From: Octopus sinensis
Lineage: Eukaryota
Assembly (NCBI RefSeq): GCF_006345805.1
Contig: NC_043023.1
Coordinates: 744,001 to 808,000, forward strand
Direction: 5' to 3'
Length of the DNA: 64,000 nt
Shown: positions 52,952 to 64,000 of the stretch, piece by piece
Numbering within the stretch: position 1 is the stretch's first letter
Layout of the letters: each line of letters opens with the position of its first letter
Notes under the pieces: model-generated
The model's database searches: none
What the model was told of the DNA's origin: nothing
Seen by the model: only the letters and a program-made list of their open reading frames with translations
Translations under genes and position numbers: made by a program

Positions 52952-54125
52952 TGTACCTTGGACTATATTATCTAAAGTTTAGTACAGTAGATGATAATAG
53001 TGGCTATAGCTGTTGTTTAGCCCTTGGCCAGTCATCCAAGATGACACATCATCCAAGATGTTCCATCTGTGATCAACCCATATTTTATTCTGTCACAGTG
53101 TATCTTGGACTACATTATCGAATATACACTATATTAGTTAGAATTAGTGGCTATAGTGATTGCTGTTTAGCCCTAGGTCAATCCTGATCCAGCAGACCTA
53201 TGATCAAAGATGTTCCAGCTGTGACTATCCCGTCTTTTATGCAGGCATAGTGTATCTAGGATTACAATTTCTAATGTACAGTATAATAGTTAATATTAAT
53301 GCCCAAAGTTGTTGCTTAACCACAAGCCAGTCCTGAGCCAATAGAGCTATGATCAGAGATGATCCAGATGTGACCATCTCATCTTTTCAGGCATAGTGTA
53401 TCTAGGACTACATTATATAATGTGTAGTGTAGAAGTTAGTATTAGTGGCTATGGTTGCTATTGTTTAACCACAGGTCAGTCCTGATCCAGTCAACCTATG
53501 ATCAAAGATGTTCCAGATATGACACAGGCATAGGAGTGGCTGTGTGGTAAGTAGCTTGCTTACCAACCACATGGTTCCAGGTTCATTCCCACTGCATGGC
53601 ACCTTGGGCAAGTGTCTTCTGCTATAGCCTTGGGCTGACCAAAGCCTTGTGAGTGAATTTGGTAGATGGAAACTGAAAGAAGCCCGTCATATATATGTAT
53701 TTATGTGTGTGTCTGTGTTTGTCCCCCCAACATCGCTTGACAACCGATGCTGGTGTGTTTACATCCTTGTAACTTAGCGGTTCGGCAAAAGAGACCAATA
53801 GAATAAGTACTAGGCTTACAAAGAATAAGTCCTGGGGTCGATTTGCTTGATTAAAGGCGGTACTCCAGCATAGCCACAGTCAAATGACAGAAACAAGTAA
53901 AAGACTATCCCATCTTTTATTCAGACATAGTGTATCTAGGACTCCATTATCTAATGTTCAGTATAGTAGTTAGTATTAGTGGTGTGTCTAGATCCAGATA
54001 GGCTTATGATCAAAGACGTTCCATTTGTGACCATCCCGTCTATTATTCAGACATAGTGTATCTAGGACTACATTATCTAATGTACAGTATAGGAGTTAGT
54101 ATTAGTGGGTATGAGTTGTTGCTGT
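52952..54125 (-). repeat. Tandem array of the same ~150-bp unit as 38590-39190 in opposite orientation, interrupted by SINE A (53523-53903)
   Basis: gatgttcca-like motif at 53057, 53209, 53358, 53507 and 54015. Confidence 0.88.
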
Positions 54126-54744
54126 ATAGTTTCAGTTCAGCATTCTACCTGTGAGTATCATAGTGTGTGTGTGTGTGTGTGTGTGTGTAATAGTTGTAGG
54201 TATGGCTGTGTGGTTAACAAGATTCTTTTGCAACCTCATGGTTTCAGGTTCAGTCCCACTGTGCAGCTCTTTGGACAAGTTCTGCTATGGAACAGGGCCC
54301 ACCAAAGCCTTGTGAGTCGATTCAGTTGATGGAAACTGTGGGGAAGCCTTGTTTTATATTTCAGATGTGTGTTTGTGTCTCCGGGTCTGGACATCGCAGG
54401 GTAGTTATAAATGAACATTATTATCATACAAGGGGAGTCCCTTGTGGCAAATCTTGTTTTTTGGTCTTTCTTGAGATAATAACCCCTTCAAGGGTGGGGT
54501 GGGGGGATATTACCTTGCTTGGAAACAGGTTGGTGACAGGAAGAGCATCCTGCTGACTGTCGAAAATCTGCTTCAACAAATTGTTTGACCCATAGAAGCA
54601 TGGAAAAGAAGGACTGAACATTAAACTGATGAGGTCAGTGATGATGATGATGATGACAAATGATAATGAGGATGATGATGATGATGTTGATGGTGACAAT
54701 GAAAAATGATGATGATGACGGTGATGTCAATGATGATAATACTC

Positions 54745-54979
54745 TTTTTTTTTTTACTTGTTTCAGTCATTTGACTGCGGCCATGCTGGAGCACCGCCTT
54801 TAGTCTAGCAAATCGACCTAAGGACTTATATTTTGTAAGCCTAGTACTTATTCTATCAGTCTCTTTTGCCCAACCACTAAGTTACGGGGATGTGAACACA
54901 CCAGCATCAGTTGTCAAGCGATGTTGGGAGGACAAACACACACACACAAACATATACACATACATACATGTATATGTAT

Positions 54980-55013
<34 letters not shown>

Positions 55014-55190
55014 AACATATATACAACTGGCTTCTTTCAGTTTCTGTCTACCAAATCCACTCACAAGGTTTTGGTCGGCCCGAGGCTATAGTAGAAGACA
55101 CTTGCCCAAGGTGCCATGCAATGAGACTGAACCCGGAACCATGGGCTTGGTAAGCAAGCTACTTACCACACAGCCACTCCTGCACCTATA
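54745..55190 (-). mobile_element. SINE family A
   Basis: Reverse-complement match. Confidence 0.88.
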
Positions 55191-55705
55191 ATGATGATGT
55201 TAATGATGTAGATGATAATGACAATGCAGATTATGATGACAATGATAGTGATGACGATGTTAATGGTGATGATGACGATGGTGATGATGGTGCATCGAGT
55301 GCCGCATTACCCAGTGTGTACTTTGTTTATCTAAGTCAGTATTGTATGATTTGATGTAGGTTTAATTGCCGTTTCTAGCATGTCGACCAACCGTGAAGAA
55401 ACCCCTCTCCAACCACCACCACTACAGGCATGGGCTCAAAGTTGCTATATAGTGTTGTAGTTGGAGGGAGAGGAGTAGAGGGGGGGAGACAGAGAGATGA
55501 AGAACCAAAACAGCTTAAGTCCATGTCTGTGTGTGAATTCATGCATTTCTATCTAGCTATGGTCACCATCATTTTACATCCACTTTCCATGCTGGTATGG
55601 GTTGGACAGTTTGACTGAATACTGGTAAGGTGAGGAGTTGAACCAAGTTCCAGTTTGATTTGGCATGGTTTCTAAAACTGGATGCCTTACCTAATGCCAA
55701 CCATT

Positions 55706-55743
<38 letters not shown>

Positions 55744-55804
55744 TAATAGAAATATTAAAATAACTAAGTCTCTCTAAAAGAGAACAGCGGCAGCGTTCCC
55801 GGAA

Positions 55805-56036
55805 ATAATAGTTATCGCCATACTAATATGGCATTCTTATAAAAATAAGAAAAAGCTGTCCGCTTATTAGCTCCATGAGGCCATCGCCTTAAGTTAGCTA
55901 TTGATACACTTAACTGTATCCATATATCAAATGTATCAAATAGCTACTTAAGGCGATGGCCTCATGGAGCTAATAAGCGGACAGCTTTTTTCTTATTTTT
56001 ATAAGAATGCCATATTAGTATGGCGATAACTATTAT
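55805..56036. repeat. Near-perfect foldback, ~104-bp arms with 23-nt spacer
   Basis: 55805-55908 vs 55932-56036. Confidence 0.92.
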
Positions 56037-56060
56037 ATATATATATATATTATATATATA

Positions 56061-56220
56061 GACACAGGAGTGGCTGTGTGGTAAGTAGCTTGCTTACCAA
56101 GCCCATGGTTCCGGGTTCAGTCTCATTGCATGGCACCTTGGGCAAGTGTCTTCTACTATAGCCTCGGGCCGACCAAAGCCTTGTGAGTGGATTTGGTAGA
56201 CGGAAACTGAAAGAAGCCCG

Positions 56221-56276
<56 letters not shown>

Positions 56277-56655
56277 TTGTGTGTCTGTGTTTGTGCCCCC
56301 AACATAGCTTAACCAATGCTGGTGTGTTTATGTCCCCGTAACCTAGCAGTTCGGCAAAAGAGACCGATAGAATAAGTACTGGGCTTACAAAGAATAAGTC
56401 CTGGGGTCGAGTTGCTCAATTAAAGGCGGTGCTCCAGCATGGCCACAGTCAAATAACTGAAACAAGTAAAAAAGTAAAATAGTATATATGCATGATGGAC
56501 TTCTTTCAGTTTCAATCTACCAAATCCACTCACAAGGCTTTGGTCGGCCCGAGGCTATAGTAGAAGACACTTGCCCAAGGTGCCACGCAGTGGGACTGAA
56601 CCCAGAACCATGTGGTTGGTAAGCAAGCTTCTCACCACACAGCCACTCCTGCACC
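56061..56655. mobile_element. SINE A full copy (+) followed by a 5'-half copy (-)
   Basis: Heads at ~56061 (+) and ~56655 (-). Confidence 0.88.
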
Positions 56656-56791
56656 TATTTATTTATTTATAAACATATTTTTCTTTTTTTTTGTTGGTTA
56701 TGAAACAGCTGGTGTTGCAGTGTTCACTCATGCATGCGCCAACGATCATACACACTTCCGGTGTTAGAATATCTAAACCGATTTTCAACAG

Positions 56792-56839
56792 ACACACACC
56801 AACCCCTCACACACCATCACCACCACCACCACCACACAG
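56792..56839 (+). other. Candidate 48-nt micro-exon (THQPLTHHHHHHHT)
   Basis: attttcaacAG ... CAG|GTAACA; length is a multiple of 3; low complexity. Confidence 0.22.
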
Positions 56840-57289
56840 GTAACAACTAGCACACACCCCTGCCATGGCCATCACCCTCACTGCTGCCAAAGCTGGTTGC
56901 CCTCCTCTCACCCTCATTTAATGTTGTTCTAAGTGTTATTGTGTATATAAAGATTACATATATATAGACACATATAGACATTTAAGGTGGCCACACTCCT
57001 TTGGATGAAACAAGGTAAAATATAAAAAATAGATCATATAGAGTGGTTATGTGGTAAGAAGTTCCTGGTTCAGTCCTACCTTGGGCTAGTGTCTTCTACT
57101 ATAGCCCTTGGGCAACCAAAACTTTGTGAGTGAGTTTGACTGATGGAAACTGAAAGAAGCCTGTCGCATATACATACACACACATGTATATATATACATA
57201 CACATGTATATACAGATATACACACACACACACGTATATATATATATTATATATATATATATGTATGTATGTATTTATGTGTGTATATA

Positions 57290-57337
<48 letters not shown>

Positions 57338-58604
57338 TATATATATATTATGTATGTATTTCTTTTACCTGTTTCAGTCATTTGACTGTGGCCATGCTGG
57401 AGCACCACCTTTAGTCGAGCAAATTGACCCCTGGTCTTATTCTTTGTAAGCCTAGTACTTATTTTGTGGAACCGCTAAGTTACAGGGGACGTAAATACAC
57501 CAACACTGGTTGTCAAATGATGTTGGTGGGGAAAAAACATATGCATACATACATACATGGTGAAGGGGATTGGCCTACATGAGTCCTGTGTTGGTGCCAC
57601 TTTAAAAGCACTCATGCCGCCATCATGTAATAGCCCTCATGCTGGTGTCACATTAAAAGCATCCGGCACACATTGTAAAGTGGTTGGAATTAGGAAGAGC
57701 ATGCTGCCATAGAAACCATACCAAATTAGACCAGAGCCTTGTTGCTGCTCTCTGACTTGCCATGTCTGGTCAAATTTTCCAGCATGGACAATGGATGGTA
57801 AAGGATGATGATGTTGATGATGATACATATATGACAGCCTCTGTCATTGATGATGATTTATTAGACTTCAATTTTTGTTGAAAAACCAGCTCAACTGATT
57901 TGTTTATAATGATTCCTTTTGGGGTCGATAAATTAAGTACCAGTTACCCACTGGGGTCGATGTAATTGACTTAATCCGTTTGTTTCTCCTTGTCTGTCCC
58001 CTCTGTGTGTAACCCCTTGTGAGTAATAAAGAAATATGATCAAATGTACATGATGTACATTAGAACACTCTGTCCATCCAATCAACATTACCTGTACAGG
58101 TGTGCTTCATGTCAGGTGTCAAAGCGTTCTGATCACAAAGCAGTGTGAGATGAAATGTTTTTCTAAAGAATCCAATGCACTACCCAGTCCTGGAATTGAA
58201 ACCACGACTTCGCCATCGTGAATGCAGCACCCTAACCACTAGGCCATATGTCCTCGAATATATACATATATATTGCACTGATATTATTACTATTTGGTGA
58301 AGTCTGCAAAATAGCTTTAATCCTAAGGATGTCAAGTGGTCAAATAATTATGTCCACCTCTCATATCTCCTGACCTTTTATGGTTTATATACTTCTCGTG
58401 AAAGTAATTTCATTGCTCAGATCTTCAGAATTAAAGCTGCATGGATACTCTGCATTACATTTCTCTCTATTGGAGTACTATGTGGTCTGGTAGCCAAGTC
58501 CATTAGAAGAGCTTGCTGTGATCACCATACAATTCTATGAATCCATATCTTACACTACAAATTTATAAATATATATATATATCTATATAAATAGTCAATC
58601 TATC

Positions 58605-58940
58605 AGGACTTATTCTTTGTAAGCCTAGTACTTATTCTATCGGTCTATTTTGCCGAACCACTAAGTTATGGGGATGTAAACACACCAGCATCGGTTGTCA
58701 AGCGATGTTGGGGGGACAAACACAGACACACAAACATATACACGCACACATATATATATATATATATACAGATATACGATGGGCTTCTTTCAGTTTCCGT
58801 CTACCAAATCCACTCACAAGGCTTTGGTTGACCTGAGGCTATAGTAGAAGACACTTGCCCAAGGTGCCACGCAGTGGGACTGAACCCAGAACCATGTGGT
58901 TGGTAAACAAGCTGCTTACAACACAGCCACTTCTACGCCT
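58605..58940 (-). mobile_element. SINE family A (tail truncated)
   Basis: Reverse-complement match. Confidence 0.88.
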
Positions 58941-58989
58941 AAGTATTTTTATATGTGTGTAAGTATTTTTATATACACTCACTCAAACC

Positions 58990-59110
58990 CAACACAGCTT
59001 GAATTTGACAACAACACACAAAAATATGTTGATCACTTGAAATATCTAAGAATCATTAGAGATAAGAATCTCAAAATGACGACCACATATTGGTGTAAGC
59101 CACAGGCAAA
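58990..59110 (+). pseudogene. Possible old LINE RT-thumb remnant
   Basis: LEFDNNTQKYVDHLKYLRIIRDKNLK resembles the KYLGxxLDxxL motif of non-LTR RTs. Confidence 0.35.
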
Positions 59111-59384
59111 TACTCCAAAATGCTACCGGTGCCTTATCTTACATAAATTATTCCTCAAAACATGTCCCAATATCCATATATCAAACTTTTATTAGTTGTC
59201 ATCGAATGGACTGCAGAGAATTTTTGTTGTTTCTGTTTTTTTCTTTTTTATTTTGTGATGGAATTTTTCAGACAAAATGTGTCAGAAGTTTTGAAGATAA
59301 GACTGTTAGACAAGTTTATCTATTTACCTATCTACTGTCTGGCTAAATGTCTGTCTTTCTAACTCTTTACCTGTCTGTCTGTTG

Positions 59385-59421
<37 letters not shown>

Positions 59422-60203
59422 CCTACATACCTCCCTCCTTCCCTCTCTCACTCATTCCCCCCCACACACACACACATGTTGAATGTGTTTTGGGATAAAT
59501 TTGATGATTTTCATATCTCCTTTGTTCAAGAACAACTTGATGTATATCTATAACAGTCAATTTCTTTATTAATGATGAGGTTGAGAAAAAGAGGGGACGA
59601 TACGAGGACAGAAAAAACAAACGTTGGGGTCAGGGTATCGAATGAGCCAAAACGTATGAATAAACAAATAATTCAAATATATACAATTAAATGAGAATGA
59701 GTGAATAACAGAAAATGAAGTGGAGGACGCGGTTGACCTCACAAACCACAAACTCACACTGAAGACTTTGCTTTCTCCTTTTTTATATTCTCGTTTAGAC
59801 AGGTTCTTCCACTCGCAACATACTTGTTTCCAGAGGTGAACTATCCAAACTCCAAAGAATTTCTGTCAACAAAAGACTATGATACTTCCCACTACTTCTG
59901 CTTGTGATCAGAGATGCACATATCGTAGCCCTACTAGGGTCGATTTATTCAATGAAAGAATTCAAGGTGGTACCCCAGCATGGCCACAGTTCAATGACTG
60001 AAATAAGCAAAAAACAACAGAAAGATACTCAATGCTGGATTTAATTTTTAAGAATATTAATCTGTAACCATGTGGTAAAACCAACATTGTAACATCTGGG
60101 GAAAATCAGAGTTGATAAACCCTATAAATCCACGCACATCAGTTATTGCTTGTTTATATTTCATTTCTTTTTTTGTTTTCAGAATGGTTGAAAATAAAAG
60201 AGA

Positions 60204-60430
60204 GGCGAGCTGGCAGAACAGTTAGCACACCGCGCGAAATGCGTAGCCGTGTTTCGTCTGTCGTTACGTTCTGAGTTCAAATTCCGCCGAGGTCGACTTT
60301 GCCTTTCATCCTTTCGGGGTCGATAAATTAAGTACCAGTTATGCACTGGAGTCGATGTAATCGACTTAATCCCTTTGTCTGTCCTTGTTTGTCCCCTCTA
60401 TGTTTAGCCCCTTGTGGGCAGTAAAGAAAC
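60204..60430 (+). mobile_element. Young SINE family D with a long target-site duplication
   Basis: ggcgagctggcag...gagttcaaattcc head; flanks 60156-60204 and 60433-60490 are direct repeats. Confidence 0.88.
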
Positions 60431-60468
60431 ATATATTTCATTTCTCTTTTTTTTCTTTTTTTTTTCAG

Positions 60469-60516
60469 AATGTTTGAAAATAAAAGAGAGAAGGAAATAT
60501 AGACCAGCAACAACCG
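60469..60516 (+). other. Candidate 48-nt exon, phase 1-1 (CLKIKERRKYRPATT)
   Basis: Long T-rich tract + cAG acceptor and CCG|GTGAGT donor; single open frame; length is a multiple of 3. Confidence 0.5.
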
Positions 60517-61049
60517 GTGAGTGTGTTTGCTTACTTAATCAATTATCAAAATTATCAAAATAATCATTTATAATTATACTTTATCTGAGCATGTTTTGCA
60601 TGATTTCTGGTGGGGAAAACATTTATTGAAACAGATGTATTTTGAAACAAGTAGATTTATATATACATATCAATGTGTATTTGCATATATATACCTTTTC
60701 TTTGTGCAGAACAATTAACCATTTGAAGCTGTTGAAATTGTCCCACTTTATATGTTTTACCTTCTAAATTATTCAACATAAACTCTAAATTATTTGACAC
60801 AAACTGGAATTGTTCTATTTATTCTTTGGTATTTGAAAGTTCATTCTGCCATCTTCTTTGTCTCATAATGCTTAACTAATGTTTTTAATTCTGATGACCG
60901 TATTAATCTTTTTTTTATCATTAGTAAAACTAATCAATGTGTATAATATGCTGTATCATCAATATATATTCAATACAGTATTTTTTCATATAACTTTTCT
61001 TCCGCTATTAAATTATTCTATTTCATATATATTCCATTATATCCTAACA

Positions 61050-61934
61050 CTAGCACTATGACCCGGCGTTGCCAGGTCTAGTGCTAGTTTTGCGCTAAAT
61101 CCCTTTCTTTGTTTTCGGAAATTATGTTCGCCATTCCATCGTATATGATTTTTAACACGTTTGACTGAGCCTCTGCAGATTCTGAGCCCACCTAGAGGTG
61201 TGCAAATTTGGTGGCTTTGTTGAAGATGAAGGGGGAGCATGTAGGAAAATCGATAAAGACCCCCATGAAAGCAAACCTTCACCAACAAAATTAAATGAAT
61301 AATCAGGGCTGACAAAGTTTTCAAATTTCCTAGGGAGTGGAAAAATGTGGCTGGAAATTAATTAGCATCTCACTTTTTACTCGTATCTCAAAACACAAAA
61401 GCATGAAGTTTCACTTAAGAAAATCTTTGTATCTTAGGTCATTCGTACCTCAAGTTAGGGCCAAAAGAAAAGGTTGCAGTTTCCACTGATTGATTGGCAA
61501 TTTAGGTAAACTCAAGTCAAATTAAGATTTCTTGCACCAAAAGGATCACCCTGATAACCCTATGCCCTTCCTGTGTAGGTTGCAAATGATTCGATCTTAA
61601 GCTAAATGCAAACAAATAAACATTTTTTATGAAAATCCCTTGGGTGGGTCAACAGGCAGTCTATTGGCGTATCTAGCTGTACGCGCGCAACGCATACAAA
61701 TTTCTATGTTTTAGCGATTTTGAATGGATATGCCCATAACTTATGGGCATAAGGGGTCGGTTTATCGATTTTAATGGCTTTCTGGGGTGACTGGGAAAAT
61801 GAAAAGATCTTCACGACGACCCTCAGACAATTTTGAAAGCCCATAGAAAATGCAAGCCTTTTACGTGAAAAACTGTGAATTTGTATAAAGGACACACAGA
61901 CACACAGACATTTTGTCATTTATAGATATAGAGA
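61050..61934 (-). mobile_element. Non-autonomous Helitron (885 bp)
   Basis: Minus strand A|TCTCTATATC start, gacctggcaacgccgggtc hairpin, CTAG|T end. Confidence 0.82.
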
Positions 61935-62046
61935 TTACTTTTTATATTCAGCTTACTGAGAAGTGTCATCTATTCAGTTTTGGACTATTTCATTATTAAA
62001 CTGTGTGCTTGTATTGCTTGCTTTAAGCAGAACAAAAAACCAGAAA

Positions 62047-62187
62047 TACATTATTTACATTAGATAGATATTTGTCCTCATCTTGTTTATTGTTAACACA
62101 TTTCGGCTGATATACCCTCCAGCCTTCATCAGGTGTCTTGGGGAAATTTCGAACCTGGGTTCTCATTCCTTAGGTATTTTTCAATGC

Positions 62188-62226
<39 letters not shown>

Positions 62227-62533
62227 TATTATTCAGTTCACTGCCTGGAATCGAACTCGGAATCTTGGGGTTAGTAGCCCGCGCTCTTAACCCACGGGCA
62301 TATGGGGTAGTGGTTAAGAGTGCAGGCTACTAACCCCAAGATTCCAGGTTCGATTCCAGGCAGTGACCTGAATAATAATAATAATTATAACATCGAAAAA
62401 TACCTTAGAAATGAGAACCCAGGTTCAAAATATCCTCAAGACACCTGATGAAGGCTGGAGGGTATATCAACCGAAACATTGTGTTAAAAACAAACAAGAT
62501 GAGAACAAATATTCATCAAATGTAAACAATGTA
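62047..62533. mobile_element. Head-to-head pair of a tRNA-headed, HHR-containing SINE-like element (family E)
   Basis: Plus copy: A box 62303-62313, B box GGTTCGATTCC 62347-62357, (AAT)n, HHR 62440-62485; minus copy mirrors it over 62047-62294. Confidence 0.85.
62440..62485 (+). ncRNA. Minimal type I hammerhead ribozyme motif
   Basis: gacac-CTGATGA-a-ggctg/caacc-GAAA-ca-TT-gtgtt; the sister copy (62095-62137, minus) has perfect stem II ggctg/cagcc but lacks 3 nt of stem III. Confidence 0.75.
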
Positions 62534-62859
62534 CATAATTCCTCTTCTCTAAAATATAGAACTATATATATATATTCTTTTAACACTTGCTAAAACCAGA
62601 AATATTTTGTAATTACAGAAACTGAAAATACTTAAGGCCAAAGTGTTTTAGTGCCTCTTCATGTCTATACAAGAAGTATTGTTCTTCAGGAACATTTGCA
62701 ATGAATGCCAACAATAATACTTGTTATGTACATTTGTTGTGCTTGCATAAACTAAACTTGATGTCTCTTGAAAACCTTTAGAAAATGTTTGTAACTTGTT
62801 TATAAGATCCTGTACTCATGTATAAATGCATATATTTTGGTAGTTTTGAATACATCTTG

Positions 62860-63810
62860 GTGTGGGTGTGAGGTAAGTAGCTTGCTTTCCAACCACATGG
62901 TTCTGGGTTCAGTCCCACTGCATGGCCACCTTGGACAAGTGTCTTCTGCTATAGCCTCAGGCCAACCAAATCCTTGTGAGTGGATTAGGTAGACGGAAAC
63001 TGAAAGAAGCCCGTCGTATATATGTACCTATGTGTGTATGTGTCTGCATGCCTGTGTTTATCCCCTCCATTCGCCGCTAGACAACCAGTGTTGGTGTGTT
63101 TACATCCCCATAACTTAGCAGTTCAGCAAAAAAGACCAATAAAATAAGTACTGGCCTTAAAAAGATTTGGTAGATGGAAACCGAAAGAAGCCTGTTGTAT
63201 ATATATATTTATACACACATACACACAGACACACTCATATATATGTAGGTGCAGGTGTGGCTGTGTGGTAAGAAGCTTCCTTCCAAACCACATGGTTTTG
63301 GGTTCAGTCTCAATGTGTGGCACCTTGGGCAAGTGTCTTTCTATTATAACCTCGTGTTGACCAAAGCCTTCTGAGTGGATTTGGTTGACAGAAACTGAAA
63401 GAATCCCATTGTATATATGTATGTACATATATATATATATGTGTGTGTGTAAGCTTGTCCCCCACCACTGCTTAACAACCAGTGCTGATGTGTTTATATC
63501 CCTGTAACTTAGCAGTTCAGCAAAAGAGACTAATAGAATATGTACCAGGCTTTAAAAAAACAAGTCCTGGGGTCAATTCATTCAACTAAAAAGTGGTGCT
63601 CCAGCATGGCCACAACCACATGACTGAAACAAGTAAACGAATAAAACGAATATATATATATGACAGGCTTCTTCCAGTTTCCATCTACCTGATCCATTCA
63701 CAAGGCTGTAGTAGAAGACACTTGCCCAAGGTGCCATGTAGCGGGACTGAAACCAGAACCATGTGGTTGGGAAACAAGTGTCTTACCACAGAGCTATGCC
63801 TGCACCTGTC
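62860..63810. mobile_element. Cluster of diverged SINE A copies (+, +, -)
   Basis: Heads at ~62860, ~63245 and ~63805. Confidence 0.85.
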
Positions 63811-64000
63811 TATTGTAGAAAATTACATAACGTAGAATAATGAATGAGTCACTGACAACAACATCTTGTACATTTTAATTTCAATCAAATCTACATGAGA
63901 TTTGGGGAGAGATAAAGATAACTTAATTATTTCCCCGTTTGTTTTTGGCATTTTTATTTACATCCTCATAATCTCGTTAGCAGCTTTCATCAACCTGTAC

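Noticed and set aside
58290-58540. ~80-codon stop-free hydrophobic frame
   Set aside because: No start or splice signals and no recognisable motif; within chance expectation
1-64000. Long ORFs in the track (YIYI, HTHT, LSLS, poly-His, poly-Ile, poly-Val)
   Set aside because: They are translations of microsatellites and polypurine tracts, open in several frames on both strands; others are recurrent SINE translations

Overview
Eukaryotic, AT-rich and very repeat-dense 64-kb window. It is most likely intronic or intergenic DNA of a coleoid cephalopod (Octopus-like); this is inferred from the SINE families and microsatellite load, not verified. No complete host gene is recognisable and most of the ORF track is translated microsatellite. 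Supported content: a 5'-truncated, frameshifted RTE-clade LINE with a C4HC3 PHD-like finger (10231-13032, minus) plus about a dozen copies of its 3' end; an R4/Dong-like RLE LINE fragment; dozens of copies of at least four tRNA-derived SINE families; three non-autonomous Helitrons; a mariner-derived foldback; piggyBac-type MITEs; two oppositely oriented 150-bp tandem arrays; and a few candidate micro-exons. Most notable is a set of about 10 minimal type I hammerhead-ribozyme (HHR) motifs in several unrelated short elements, several of them inside long inverted repeats. One is a head-to-head pair at 62047-62533 that joins a Pol III tRNA-derived head to an HHR, a candidate ribozyme-bearing SINE possibly mobilised by Penelope-like elements. 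All motifs were found by eye, coordinates may be off by a few bases, and no searches or folding programs were run.
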